Shown here piece after piece: positions 32,267 to 42,802 of a stretch of 64,000 nt of DNA. The notes under the pieces were generated by a model. The model did not search any database, was not told the origin of the DNA, and saw nothing but the letters and a program-made list of their open reading frames with translations. How positions within the stretch are numbered: position 1 is the first letter of the stretch; each line of letters begins with the position of its first letter. A program made the position numbers and the translations under genes. The stretch comes from Bdellovibrionota bacterium (GTDB lineage Bacteria > Bdellovibrionota_C > UBA2361 > JAAYZI01): contig JBMNIF010000003.1 in the NCBI GenBank assembly GCA_050950765.1, forward strand, positions 32,001 through 96,000. Direction: 5' to 3'.

Positions 32267-33118
32267 ATGCGACATAATATATTCACATCACTATTGATTT
32301 TTGTTTTATTAACAACTTCTTCCTGCGCCACAAAAACGGGGCTAAACGCTAGATTAGCAGGACGTGGTCCCCTAGCGCTCAGTAATACAAATCCATACAT
32401 CGCAAGTAATCTCTTATTAGCTGAAAAGTCCCAATCTAGTAACGTCGTTAGTGGATTCTTGCAATATCGTGGACTACCACTAGCGATAGAGGTTAAGCAA
32501 AATACGTTTTCCTTTAATAAAGAGAGCTCCACGATATTATATTATCCGCGAGAAAGAGAAGCTTTTACTATCGAAGAACTAAACGGAGAGATCGTTGTAA
32601 CAGGCCCGACAGAGATAGAACCGGTTCTCCTTACTGAGATAGAGCTTAAGACAAGAAATTTTTTCGGCTCTCCTGCTATGCTAGAGGGCACTCTCTCCTC
32701 TTCTCCTCGTAACAATCTTAATGTCAATACTAGTCTCCCCCCTACCTCCATACAACAAAATATTCCGGAGAGACGTGCTGAAATTGTTAAAACACTCCCG
32801 ACACCACAAGAAGAAGAGTCCCTTGCAAATCTTAAGGGGCTTAGCTTAATTAAAAAATTACAATCTAGAAAAAATATCCCTCCCGCTGAAATTACTCCAA
32901 AAGGAGATCTGGTTCATAACGTAGTTTATGAAGGTGAAACCTTATCCATGATTGTAAGGTGGTACACTCACGATTTAGGAAATATCGGACGTGTTACCCG
33001 TTTAAATAAGTTGGCAAGACCAGATCATTTACGAATTGGGGACTCCATCATTATCCCTAAGTATCTGATAAAATCGAAACTAAGCTTAACACAAGAAGCA
33101 GTTGAGCATCTTAGATAG
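32267..33118 (+). CDS. LysM-domain lipoprotein
   Basis: Lipobox TSSC; C-terminal LysM (HNVVYEGETLSMIVRWY...LNKL..PDHLRIGDSIIIP). Confidence 0.75.
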   Translation: MRHNIFTSLLIFVLLTTSSCATKTGLNARLAGRGPLALSNTNPYIASNLLLAEKSQSSNVVSGFLQYRGLPLAIEVKQNTFSFNKESSTILYYPREREAFTIEELNGEIVVTGPTEIEPVLLTEIELKTRNFFGSPAMLEGTLSSSPRNNLNVNTSLPPTSIQQNIPERRAEIVKTLPTPQEEESLANLKGLSLIKKLQSRKNIPPAEITPKGDLVHNVVYEGETLSMIVRWYTHDLGNIGRVTRLNKLARPDHLRIGDSIIIPKYLIKSKLSLTQEAVEHLR

Positions 33119-33250
33119 GTTCCGTTTTTTATGCCGCATACCCTCTTCTTAGACGTTCCATATAAAAATAGCGCAGCCTATTATTAAAAACACAACAGCT
33201 GCGCTAAATGGAAAGATGCCGCTCTCAATGCGACACCTTAATCACAATAA

Positions 33251-34297
33251 TTACTGTCTCTCTGGACGTAATTTTCTAACCTGTTGACCAGTACGCCAAA
33301 CTTCCAGATTTCCAAGCTCTTCCAACTCTTTTGAGAGTTTCTCACGATAATCAGGTTTACTATTGGCAGCAATTGTAATCCTCGCCTCATTCCCACTACG
33401 CACACTCTCGTATAGTTCTTCAAAGACGGGAGCAACAGCATCTCTAAAACGGTTTTTCCAATCTAAAGCACCACGTTGCGCAGTTGTTGAGCAGTTGGCA
33501 TACATCCAATCCATACCGTTCTCACCAACCAACGGAAGTAGACTTTGAGTGAACTCTTCAACAGTTTCGTTAAAAGCTTCACTGGCAGAGTGTCCGTTCT
33601 TACGGAGTAAATTATACTGCGCTTCAATAATACCTGCTACGGCACCCATCAAAACACCCCGTTCGCCAGTTAAATCACTGTAAACCTCGTGCTGCATATC
33701 TGTCTTAAAAAGATAGCCAGATCCGATCCCAACACCTATCGCAAAAACTCTTTCTTGAGCTTTACCTGTGGCATCTTGGTAGATAGCAAAACTGGAGTTG
33801 ATACCCCTACCAGCTACAAAGAGTGTTCTAACAGTACGACCTGAACCTTTCGGAGCAACTAAACCAACATCTATATCAGCAGGTGGAATAACACCCGTTT
33901 GATCTTTATATGTGATAGCAAAGCCGTGCGCAAAGATTAAAGCCTTTCCTGCCGTCAAACCTGCCTTTACAGTCGGCCACTGATCAATCTGACCAGCATC
34001 AGAAAGGAGATTGATAATAATAGTCCCCTTTTTAACGGCTTCCGCTACTGGAAATAAGGTCTCACCAGGTTTCCAGCCATCGTTAATGGCTTGTTGCCAC
34101 GATTTTCCACCTTCTCTCTGACCTACAATTACATTAAAGCCGTTATCTCTTAAATTTAAAGACTGCGCAGGTCCCTGTACTCCGTAACCAATAACAGCAA
34201 TAACATCATCTTTTAGAACGGAACGTGCTTTATCTAAAGAAAATTCTTTGCGAGTGACAACTTCCTCTTCCATGTCACCAAAAGTCATTTTAGCCAT
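33251..34297 (-). CDS. ilvC: Ketol-acid reductoisomerase; start probably ATG 34297
   Basis: IGYGVQG, VAPKGSG, SDLTGERGVLMG, NCSTTAQRGALDW. Confidence 0.95.
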   Translation of the reverse strand: MAKMTFGDMEEEVVTRKEFSLDKARSVLKDDVIAVIGYGVQGPAQSLNLRDNGFNVIVGQREGGKSWQQAINDGWKPGETLFPVAEAVKKGTIIINLLSDAGQIDQWPTVKAGLTAGKALIFAHGFAITYKDQTGVIPPADIDVGLVAPKGSGRTVRTLFVAGRGINSSFAIYQDATGKAQERVFAIGVGIGSGYLFKTDMQHEVYSDLTGERGVLMGAVAGIIEAQYNLLRKNGHSASEAFNETVEEFTQSLLPLVGENGMDWMYANCSTTAQRGALDWKNRFRDAVAPVFEELYESVRSGNEARITIAANSKPDYREKLSKELEELGNLEVWRTGQQVRKLRPERQ

Positions 34298-34476
34298 AAT
34301 ATCTCCTCTCACTTACTGAGGGTTTACTATTCTTAAGGCAGTAAGCCCAACACAATAATTAAGTAACCTCCATGCCCCTCATAGTCATGAACATTACCCT
34401 TAAAAACACACAGAATCGTACTTTGAAAAGTACGTTTTAGCAAGTAAGGAGCAGATCCTTAAATAAACCCTTTTTA

Positions 34477-34657
34477 CCTCACCAATTCTTGGCGCATTCA
34501 CATCACACAAGAACCTTTTTCCTCACCAATTCTTAGTGCATTCACAAAATATAAAGGCTCTTTTTCCTCACCAATTCTTGGCTCATTCACAAAATACCAA
34601 GCCCCTTTTTCCTCACTACTTTTTACCGCATCCACATCACACAAGCCCCTTTTACCT
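34477..34657. repeat. 44-45-bp tandem repeat, left part (4 units)
   Basis: Units beginning CCTCACCAATTCTT at 34477, 34521, 34566, plus a degenerate unit at 34611. Confidence 0.9.
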
Positions 34658-36485
34658 CCTGAATTCCCGCGAAATTATACCATACAAACGTGTTTTTAAA
34701 GGTAGCTTTCGAGCGGTATAATCTTACTTTTTCTTAAAAATACTTTTTAGAAAGTCATCTTCTTCAATATTGAAAATTTTCAAAATATCCTTTTGTTTTT
34801 TTGTTAACGGAACCATTAATTTACTGCCATTTTTAGTTTCTATAACTTTAATTTTTTGAAGCTCTTTAATGACATCAGGTATATTAAACTTTTTTTGCCT
34901 TGTATCATTTTTAAGTAAATTAAGAATATAACTTCTAAGTATAAGAGCTAAAAATCCAACAAAAAGTTTTCCTTCTGTGGTTTGAAGATTATGTGTTTTA
35001 AGTCTTCTAAAATCAATTTCATTTTTTAGCTGGAAAAATTGTTTTTCAATTACATCTTTTTGACGATAACGAAAAAGTGCTTCACTCGGATTTGAATCAC
35101 AACCAATACCAATCAAAATTAAGAAGCCACAATTTCTCAAGTATTCATCTATAGCTTCTGATTTTTTTTCATAAGTGAAACCATCTTCATTTATTTTAAT
35201 ATCAAAATATTTCCTATATTTTTTACGATCCAGCAAAGAGTATTTTAATTTTTTCAGTTCTTCTAACTCTTCTTCCATTCTAGAAATTTTCTCGTAAAAT
35301 TGAACTATCTCATATGGCGCCTTTCCCATATTGTAATAAACATAAATCTTTACAGGTTGTCCCATAACAGTATCTATTACAGAACAACCAAAAGTAGAGG
35401 TTCCTTTTATATAATTAGCATCTTGCTTAATAAGTGCAGTGTGATTTTCTAATATTCTTTTAGCGTCATTCCAATATAGTGGCAAAGGACAAAGTAGTCC
35501 AAACTTTTGCCCTTCTTCATTTGCTACTTCCGCTAAATTATCTTGCGTCACAAAACCTTGATCCGTAACAAGGTTAATACGATTATTAAGACTAATAAAT
35601 GGAAAGTCTCTTAAAAGAAAACTAAAATATGTCTTATCTGTAATGCTGCCATTATAAACTTGATAGAATAAAGGAAGCTTCGTTGTAGAGCCGTAGCACA
35701 TACCTATATTTATTTGCGGCAATTTATCCATATCCCTATTATAGCCAAACTCCAATATGCTTATTTTTTTACTATAAGAAGATATGGAAGTTACGTCATA
35801 ATACCAACATTCTTGAGCTAAATATCGCTTCGTCCATTTCTTAAAAAAATTAAGTCTTTTCTCGTAGTCAATACGTTCAAAAAGACGACTTATTTTTTGA
35901 CTTGTTAATTCAGAAATTTCATATGGTAAGACACTATCATCTATCCAACTTGAAGCATGTGATACTACATTTCCATTTGCTAGAATATAAAACGCTAAAG
36001 TTAAAATCTCGTATGTGTCATTTCCAAAAATTGAAAGCAATGTCTTGTCTAACCTTAAATCTTTTACAATCTTATTTAAAACATAAGTAAGACCAAAAGA
36101 TTTATTGCTAATAACATATCTATTAGAATCATCTGGAAACAAATCATAGTAATTTCTATTAGGAATTAATTTCTTACCGCTTTCATCTAGCTTCCCTATA
36201 CCTATTTCATCAAACGTAGGCTCTCCATTTTCACGACGAAAGTTCATCCTGTAATAGATATAAGTAGTCCCATTTTTGTTTTTCTTACGAGCAATTTGCC
36301 TATCTGGTAAGTCAACTTTTTTAGTTATTTTTTTCATAAAAAACCTCCCTAATATGTATAGGGCAATCATACCATACAAACAGGAAATGTCAATATAGAA
36401 AAATATATAACTAACTAAAATATCAATAAAAAATACGGTGGCTTATTTCTGGAATGGAGAAAAGATAAAAATTGCGGAATTTAGG
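34658..36485 (-). mobile_element. IS1634-family insertion sequence (1828 bp)
   Basis: Imperfect terminal IRs CCTGAATTCCCGC (34658) and GCGGAATTTAGG (ending 36485); 6-bp target duplication TTACCT at 34652-34657 and 36486-36491; single DDE transposase. Confidence 0.9.
34724..36337 (-). CDS. IS1634-family DDE transposase; start probably ATG 36337 after GGAGG
   Basis: YYDVTSISSYS, FGYNRD..LPQIN, TDQGF, YRQKDVIEKQF..LK. Confidence 0.9.
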   Translation of the reverse strand: MKKITKKVDLPDRQIARKKNKNGTTYIYYRMNFRRENGEPTFDEIGIGKLDESGKKLIPNRNYYDLFPDDSNRYVISNKSFGLTYVLNKIVKDLRLDKTLLSIFGNDTYEILTLAFYILANGNVVSHASSWIDDSVLPYEISELTSQKISRLFERIDYEKRLNFFKKWTKRYLAQECWYYDVTSISSYSKKISILEFGYNRDMDKLPQINIGMCYGSTTKLPLFYQVYNGSITDKTYFSFLLRDFPFISLNNRINLVTDQGFVTQDNLAEVANEEGQKFGLLCPLPLYWNDAKRILENHTALIKQDANYIKGTSTFGCSVIDTVMGQPVKIYVYYNMGKAPYEIVQFYEKISRMEEELEELKKLKYSLLDRKKYRKYFDIKINEDGFTYEKKSEAIDEYLRNCGFLILIGIGCDSNPSEALFRYRQKDVIEKQFFQLKNEIDFRRLKTHNLQTTEGKLFVGFLALILRSYILNLLKNDTRQKKFNIPDVIKELQKIKVIETKNGSKLMVPLTKKQKDILKIFNIEEDDFLKSIFKKK

Positions 36486-36488
36486 TTA

Positions 36489-36610
36489 CCTCACCAATTC
36501 TTAGTGCATTCACAAAATATAAAGGCTCTTTTTCCTCACCAATTCTTGGCTCATTCACAAAATACCAAGAACCTTTTTCCTCACCAATTCTTAGTGCATT
36601 CGCAAAATAT
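36489..36610. repeat. 45-bp tandem repeat, right part (3 units)
   Basis: CCTCACCAATTCTT at 36489, 36534, 36579. Confidence 0.9.
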
Positions 36611-36747
36611 ACCAGTAAAGATAGTATTAAAGTGCTAAAAAGATAGTGTTTAATCTCTTAAGGAAAATAGAAAAAACCTTCTTAGCGATCCCCCCCTTAG
36701 CGTACTATAAAGATGCTCCCTATATAATTTATTAACCACAGGTAAAA

Positions 36748-37242
36748 TTACTTTCTAATAGCAATTCGTCCTGATTGAATAAACTCCGTCACCCCATACT
36801 GCTCCATAATACAGTAAAAAGAACGGATCTCACTTGAAGAGCCGGTCACCTCTAAAACCATCGATTCCTGCTCTACGTATACAACGTGCGCCCCGTACCG
36901 CTTGGCGTGTTTTTCAACTTTAAAACGTTCAGCGCTCGACTCGGTCTTGACTCGGATAAATGAGATCTCTTTATAGATCAACTCTTCATCAAGGGAAGCA
37001 TAGGCATCTTTTACCTCAACGATTCTCAAGATCTGTTTTATAATAGTCTGAATCAGGTCTTCATCAACAATTACAACAATGGTAAATCTTGAAATTCCAC
37101 GTTGCTCGGTTTCTGAAACAGTTAGACTCTCTATATTTAATTTGCGTTTTGTGAATGTTGTAACTAAGCGGTGTAATACACCAGGACTATTCTCTGTAAA
37201 CGCTGAAATAGTGTATGTTTTCTGATCTTTCATAGCTTTCAC
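36748..37242 (-). CDS. ilvN: Acetolactate synthase small (regulatory) subunit
   Basis: ACT motif ENSPGVL...RKLNIESLTV, SGRIAI; directly downstream of ilvB. Confidence 0.92.
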   Translation of the reverse strand: MKAMKDQKTYTISAFTENSPGVLHRLVTTFTKRKLNIESLTVSETEQRGISRFTIVVIVDEDLIQTIIKQILRIVEVKDAYASLDEELIYKEISFIRVKTESSAERFKVEKHAKRYGAHVVYVEQESMVLEVTGSSSEIRSFYCIMEQYGVTEFIQSGRIAIRK

Positions 37243-37244
37243 CC

Positions 37245-38957
37245 CTACTCCAATCTGATATCAGTAACACCGGCTCCGGCGGGAATCATCGGGAAAACCG
37301 AATCTTCATTAGCGACTACAACATCGAGTAGATAGGGGGCGTTAGAGTTTAACATCCTATCTAAAGCCTGATCCAAATCTTGGCGTTGATCTATACGCTC
37401 CGCTTTTAAACCGAAACCCTCTGCAATTTTCACAAAGTCAGGATTAACGAGGTTTACAGCCGAATAACGTTTTTCATAAAAGAGATCCTGCCACTGCCTA
37501 ACCATACCGAGAAAGCTATTATTCAAAAGGAGAATTTTTATAGGTAATTTCTCCTGAGCGATCGTTGCTAGCTCTTGAATCGTCATCTGAATGCCGCCAT
37601 CTCCAACGATAACAACAACACTCCTTTCAGGAGCCCCGATCTTAGCACCTACCGCCGCTGGTAAGGCAAACCCCATCGTCCCTAACCCCCCCGAGCTGAT
37701 AAAGCTGTTGTTCTTTGTAAAACAATAATAGTGCGTAGCACACATCTGATGCTGCCCAACGTCCGCTACAATTAAAGCTTCACCATTAGTTTTTTCTGAA
37801 AGTCTGTTAATAACCTCCATCATGCGCATCTCATCGCAATGCGGATGAATAGCTTCAGCCGTGACCTTCTCATATTCAACTTGGTCTAATTTTTTAAACT
37901 CCTCCAACCACTCTTTATGTTCCCTTTTTTGCACAAACGGGAGTAACCCTTCTAAGGCATCTCCAGCGTCTGCTACAATCGGGATAGAAGCTTTAACGAT
38001 CTTATCAATCTCTGCTGGATCGATATCAATATGCACCACCTTAGCTTTAGGAAGGTATCCGGAGAGGTTCATCGTAACTCGATCATCAAAACGCATTCCG
38101 ACAGCAATCACTAAATCAGATTTATTGCACAACATATTCACGGAATAATTCCCGTGCATCCCTAACATTCCAACATTTAACGGGTGATCGTATGCCAAAG
38201 AGGAGAGTCCGTGAAAGGTAAAAGCTACGGGAATTCCCGTTTTTTCAACGAATTTTTTCAAAATATCTTCAGCTTTGGAGATGCGCACCCCCTGCCCTGC
38301 AAAAAGCATAGGTTTTTTCGCAGTATTTACCAAAGCAGCCACCTCTTTTAAGACCTCATCCTGCAGATCAGATTTAAGTTGCGTGTTAACAATTTTTACA
38401 AGGTGACACTCCGCCTTAGCTACCTGTGCATCCTTAGTAATATCAACTAAAACTGGTCCAGGACGACCTGAGGTCGCAATATGAAAAGCCTTAGCAATCG
38501 TTGACGGTATCTCTGAAGGACGTGAGACTTGAAAATTCCATTTTGTGATCGGAATCGTAGCACTGATAATATCAGTTTCCTGAAAAGCATCACTCCCGAG
38601 TAGCGAACTCCCTACCTGCCCCGTAATACACACGATAGGAACTGAATCCATCATGGCATCAGCGATCCCTGTAATTAAATTCGCTGCACCAGGACCGGAA
38701 GTGGCAAAGCAAACGCCAACCTTGCCTGCAGCACGAGCGTACCCTTCAGCAGCATGCGCAGCCCCTTGCTCATGTCGAACTAGGATATGACGTAGTTTGT
38801 CACTGTAATCGTACAAGGCATCGTAAATAGGGATAACACTACCACCAGGATAACCGAAAATAGTATCGACACCTTCTGCAATTAGTGCCTGCATCAGAGC
38901 ATGAGAACCTGAAAGTTCACCCAAGCTTTCTCCTATCTGTTTTTCTATCAATGTCAT
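37245..38957 (-). CDS. ilvB: Acetolactate synthase large subunit
   Basis: FGYPGG, RHEQGA, TSGPGA, GMHG, RFDDRV, TPP motif GDGG...NN. Confidence 0.96.
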   Translation of the reverse strand: MTLIEKQIGESLGELSGSHALMQALIAEGVDTIFGYPGGSVIPIYDALYDYSDKLRHILVRHEQGAAHAAEGYARAAGKVGVCFATSGPGAANLITGIADAMMDSVPIVCITGQVGSSLLGSDAFQETDIISATIPITKWNFQVSRPSEIPSTIAKAFHIATSGRPGPVLVDITKDAQVAKAECHLVKIVNTQLKSDLQDEVLKEVAALVNTAKKPMLFAGQGVRISKAEDILKKFVEKTGIPVAFTFHGLSSLAYDHPLNVGMLGMHGNYSVNMLCNKSDLVIAVGMRFDDRVTMNLSGYLPKAKVVHIDIDPAEIDKIVKASIPIVADAGDALEGLLPFVQKREHKEWLEEFKKLDQVEYEKVTAEAIHPHCDEMRMMEVINRLSEKTNGEALIVADVGQHQMCATHYYCFTKNNSFISSGGLGTMGFALPAAVGAKIGAPERSVVVIVGDGGIQMTIQELATIAQEKLPIKILLLNNSFLGMVRQWQDLFYEKRYSAVNLVNPDFVKIAEGFGLKAERIDQRQDLDQALDRMLNSNAPYLLDVVVANEDSVFPMIPAGAGVTDIRLE

Positions 38958-38976
38958 TTAGTAATTACCTTAAAAA

Positions 38977-39660
38977 TTAAAAACCAAAAAAAGTTTCAAA
39001 AAGCTTTAAAATCGGATTGATTAGAAAAAAAATCACACGATCTAAAATGCCGAAATATAACAACGCTATCACAATAAATATCCCTATCCGCTCCAGTCTC
39101 ATGAAATGCTTCGCCATCTGCCACGGTAGGATCCCTGATACAATTCTACCGCCATCAAGGGGAGGTATCGGGGTAAGATTAACAATAGCTAAAACTAGAT
39201 TTATTAAAACACTATTTTTTAGTAGTAACAAGAAGAACGTAGCTGTAATTAGTAAGATCTTATCAAGTGTCGTATCAGGTTGTGCTACAAAATAGTGTAA
39301 GCAGAACATAAGCAAGGCAAAGAGTAAAAAAGAGATTATTGCTAAAATAATATTCGTAGCGGGCCCTGCTAAAGCTGTCCACATCATGCCCCGCCTCGGG
39401 TACTTAAAATAGCGTGGATCAACAGGTACAGGCTTAGCACCGCCAAAAACAATAGGGGATCCAGAAGAGATTAAAAGAGCAGGTAAAAGGATCGTCCAAA
39501 ACGGATCGATATGTTTGATCGGGTTGAGTGTCAGCCTACCAGCATCGCTAGCAGTTGGATCGCCCAAACGCTTTGCAACATAACCGTGAGCTATCTCGTG
39601 CAAGACAACCGCAAATAGTAGCGGTATAACTGTAAGTGAAATTTTTAAAAAAGTATCCAC
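38977..39660 (-). CDS. Site-2 protease family (M50) metalloprotease
   Basis: HEIAH, GDPTA..GRLTLNP, AGPATN, NLTPIPPLDGG. Confidence 0.92.
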   Translation of the reverse strand: MDTFLKISLTVIPLLFAVVLHEIAHGYVAKRLGDPTASDAGRLTLNPIKHIDPFWTILLPALLISSGSPIVFGGAKPVPVDPRYFKYPRRGMMWTALAGPATNIILAIISFLLFALLMFCLHYFVAQPDTTLDKILLITATFFLLLLKNSVLINLVLAIVNLTPIPPLDGGRIVSGILPWQMAKHFMRLERIGIFIVIALLYFGILDRVIFFLINPILKLFETFFGF

Positions 39661-39789
39661 AGTAGTAATAAAGTAAGGTAAGAAATAGTTATAAAGAACT
39701 CCCTGAAAGAGCTTTTAGCCCTTCAGTTTAAGCATTTTTTAGAGCAAATGTGAATACGTTTCCGCCGGAAGAGGAATGTTCAGTACGGA

Positions 39790-41106
39790 TTAGTTTTTCA
39801 TCCTCGCCGGTTGACCTGTAATATCCAGCACTGATTGCCACATTTCATTATTAGTATCAACGACCTTACGTTCTTTGACCATCACTTTAATCGGAACATT
39901 AACGAAGTGATCTTTCCACTTAGAGACACAAACTCCAGTGTGTCCCGCCATTCCGGAATGAACGGCAAAAAGTCCAAGTAATAAACAATATTCGGCATCA
40001 ATGGTATCTGCTGGTGCGCTACGGATGATGTAACTCGGATCAATATATTTTAGAGTAAAGGTCATGCCTCGTTCGGTAAGGTATTGAGTGATCTTATCCT
40101 TCAAAAAGAGCCCAATGTCTTTATATTTTACATTGCCGGAAGCATCTTTATCAGTAGCAGCGTTATCTGAAGCGACCAGATCCTGTCCAGCACCTTCAGA
40201 AACGACCACCACGGCGTGGTGTCTGTTATTAAGCCTTCTCTCAAGAGCCGATAAGAAACCGCCATCACCATAAAGATCAAATGGCGATTCCGGAATTAAG
40301 CAAAAATTAGCAACGCCACTAGCACGCACAGCGTGTGTGGCAATAAATCCAGAATCTCGTCCCATCAGTTTTACCAAGCCGATGCCGTTTTCAGCTCCTT
40401 TTGCTTCAGCATGAGCAGCGTGTACGGCGTTTTTTGCCTGTTCTACCGCAGTATAAAAACCGAAGCTGGATGAGGTCCAACAGATATCGTTATCAATAGT
40501 TTTAGGGATACCGATCACTGCTATCTCTAAATTTCTCCTTAAAGCAGTTTCTGCAATTTTATCTGCCCCCCGCAAAGTACCGTCACCACCAAGTGCGAAG
40601 AGGATATTAACGCCGTATTCTAAAAGGACATCCACCATCTCTTCAGGATCTTGCGGACCTCTGGAAGACCCAAGGAACGTTCCTGCCACCTCTTGAATAC
40701 CCTCAACTACATTTTCTGTTAATTCGATAGGACGTTGCCCTCTGCGGCTTAGCCCTTTGTATCCATAACGAAACCCTAAAACCCTACGTACGCCATAATT
40801 ATTTAATGCGCTTAAGGTTATAGATCTAATCACATCATTTAATCCAGGGCATAAACCGCCGCAGGTAACAATTCCACAAGTGGTATCTTTTGGATTAAAA
40901 AATATCTGTCGTCTCGGACCAGCTTTTTCAAAAGTTGAAAGCTTTCCATTCTTAGCAAGCATCTCTTCATTGAGTTTAGAACTTGCCGTAACTAAAATTC
41001 TATCATCACCGTTAACGAAGCCACGTTCCCTTAATAGAAACGGAGAATTAAATCTTGGCTCTCCTAAAGTTTGTACAATTAGCTCCTCAGGATGTGGGAT
41101 CTCCAT
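39790..41106 (-). CDS. pfkA: 6-phosphofructokinase (probably ATP-dependent, long 'clade X' type)
   Basis: TCGGLCPGLN, GGDG, PKTIDND, KLMGRDSGFIA, YIDPSYIIRS. Confidence 0.9.
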   Translation of the reverse strand: MEIPHPEELIVQTLGEPRFNSPFLLRERGFVNGDDRILVTASSKLNEEMLAKNGKLSTFEKAGPRRQIFFNPKDTTCGIVTCGGLCPGLNDVIRSITLSALNNYGVRRVLGFRYGYKGLSRRGQRPIELTENVVEGIQEVAGTFLGSSRGPQDPEEMVDVLLEYGVNILFALGGDGTLRGADKIAETALRRNLEIAVIGIPKTIDNDICWTSSSFGFYTAVEQAKNAVHAAHAEAKGAENGIGLVKLMGRDSGFIATHAVRASGVANFCLIPESPFDLYGDGGFLSALERRLNNRHHAVVVVSEGAGQDLVASDNAATDKDASGNVKYKDIGLFLKDKITQYLTERGMTFTLKYIDPSYIIRSAPADTIDAEYCLLLGLFAVHSGMAGHTGVCVSKWKDHFVNVPIKVMVKERKVVDTNNEMWQSVLDITGQPARMKN

Positions 41107-41392
41107 TTTGAAAAACTCCGCATAAAACGTAAAATAACTAAAAAAACACCACTTAAATCTAAAATTACAGATACACTAATCGGCATTCAGATGCCAATTT
41201 TTTGAAAGAAGATTCAAATTAATTTGAAAAGTTAATCTTATACATTTAACTTAACTTATACCAGTCTAGGATGGAATAAAAACTGTGTTTTACTATTTAT
41301 TTAAGATATAGTGCTTTCCCTCTTGATCATATTATTTTTTATAGCATTTAATTAAAACACACTTTTTACACATAAAATAATGGAACAATTCG

Positions 41393-42616
41393 ATGGTACA
41401 GATTAAATCCTTTAAAGCGCTTCGTCCTGCTCAACCTTATGCTGCCGCCGTTTCAGCACTCCCCTACGATGTTATGAATCGAGCAGAAGCTAAACAGTTA
41501 GCAGATGGCAATCCACGTAGCTTTCTTAGGATAACGCGCAGTGAGATTGAGTTGGCAGAAGATATAAACCCTTACGATCCCCAAGTGTATCAACACGCCA
41601 AAGAGAACCTTGATCTTTTTTTAAGTAACGGTACGTTATTACAAGATGAGACCCCCCAGATCTACATCTACCGTTTAATAAGAAATGGACGCTCTCAAAG
41701 TGGTGTCGTAGCACTTTCTGCTGTTGATGATTATCAAAGTGGTGTTATTAAAATCCATGAAAAAACAAGAACAGAAAAGGTACAAGATAGAACGCAACAT
41801 ATCTTAAGCACGTCAGCTCAAACTGGACCTGTCTTCTTAACATTTAGAGATACTTCAGGTGTTACAACTTTAATAGAAGAAGGGATGAGAAGTGAGCCCC
41901 TCTATGATTTTGTTGCTTCAGATGGTGTGCAACATACAATTTGGAGATCGCAAAAAACAACTGAGATTATAGCGGCTTTTTCTAAAATTCCTAATACGTA
42001 TATCGCCGACGGGCACCATCGCGCTGCCAGCTCTGCCAACTGTCGAGAGGTTTTAAAAGGAAAAAATCCGCACCACCGCGGAGATGAAGAGTATAACTTT
42101 TTTCTTTCAGTATTATTCCCTGAAGATCAGTTAGAAATTTTACCGTACAATCGAATAATCAAAACCTCTTCCCTCTCTGCAGAGGAAGCTCTTAATAAGA
42201 TAGGAGAGGTGTTGCTTGTAGATCCTAATGCCAATCCCCACCCATCTAGCAAGCGTCATATCAGTATGTACCTTGCTGGGAAGTGGTACGGCTTAAGCCT
42301 TCCTCAAGATTTTGAGATTCCGCAAGATATTGTTGAAGCTTTAGATGTAAGTATCCTCTACTCCCTAGTTCTTAATCCGATTTTTAAGATCGGTGATTTA
42401 AGGAGTGATAATAATATTGATTTTATCGGTGGTGTTCGAGGAACAGAAGAGTTGGAGCGACTTGTTAATTGCGGTGAGGCTTTTTGTGCCTTTTCGATGT
42501 ATCCTGTCACCATCTCCGATCTTTTAACGGTAGCAGATCAGGGCAAAACTATGGCACCCAAATCAACTTGGTTCGAACCGAAGCTACGCTCCGGACTTCT
42601 AGTACATCTTATCTAG
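41393..42616 (+). CDS. DUF1015 family protein
   Basis: LPYDV, IKIHEKT, YIADGHHR, MAPKSTWFEPKLRSGL. Confidence 0.9.
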   Translation: MVQIKSFKALRPAQPYAAAVSALPYDVMNRAEAKQLADGNPRSFLRITRSEIELAEDINPYDPQVYQHAKENLDLFLSNGTLLQDETPQIYIYRLIRNGRSQSGVVALSAVDDYQSGVIKIHEKTRTEKVQDRTQHILSTSAQTGPVFLTFRDTSGVTTLIEEGMRSEPLYDFVASDGVQHTIWRSQKTTEIIAAFSKIPNTYIADGHHRAASSANCREVLKGKNPHHRGDEEYNFFLSVLFPEDQLEILPYNRIIKTSSLSAEEALNKIGEVLLVDPNANPHPSSKRHISMYLAGKWYGLSLPQDFEIPQDIVEALDVSILYSLVLNPIFKIGDLRSDNNIDFIGGVRGTEELERLVNCGEAFCAFSMYPVTISDLLTVADQGKTMAPKSTWFEPKLRSGLLVHLI

Positions 42617-42673
42617 TGCAGCTAGATTTCAAGCTCTCTAAAAAGGAAGAGATAGGGGTGGACACATTAAAAA

Positions 42674-42704
42674 AGCGGTTTCTGTTATACTGACAGAAAC
42701 CGCT
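42674..42704. terminator. Bidirectional intrinsic terminator between the DUF1015 gene and pgk
   Basis: AGCGGTTTCTGT-N7-ACAGAAACCGCT with an A-tract before and a T-tract after. Confidence 0.8.
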
Positions 42705-42802
42705 ACTTTTTTCTTGGCTTCCTCTATCCGAGACACCTCTTTTAAAAAAGGTTCTAGCTAAAGGGTAGCACTCGAAAGTTAGGAAGACTAACTTAAAAGT
42801 TT

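Noticed and set aside
34536..34721. His-rich repeat ORFs (also 36438-36638)
   Set aside because: They are translations of the tandem repeat fused to IS ends; 44-bp units break the frame and there is no RBS.
34477..36610. 44-45-bp repeats as a CRISPR array
   Set aside because: The variable parts are only ~12 bp and recur between units; there are no unique spacers and no cas genes.
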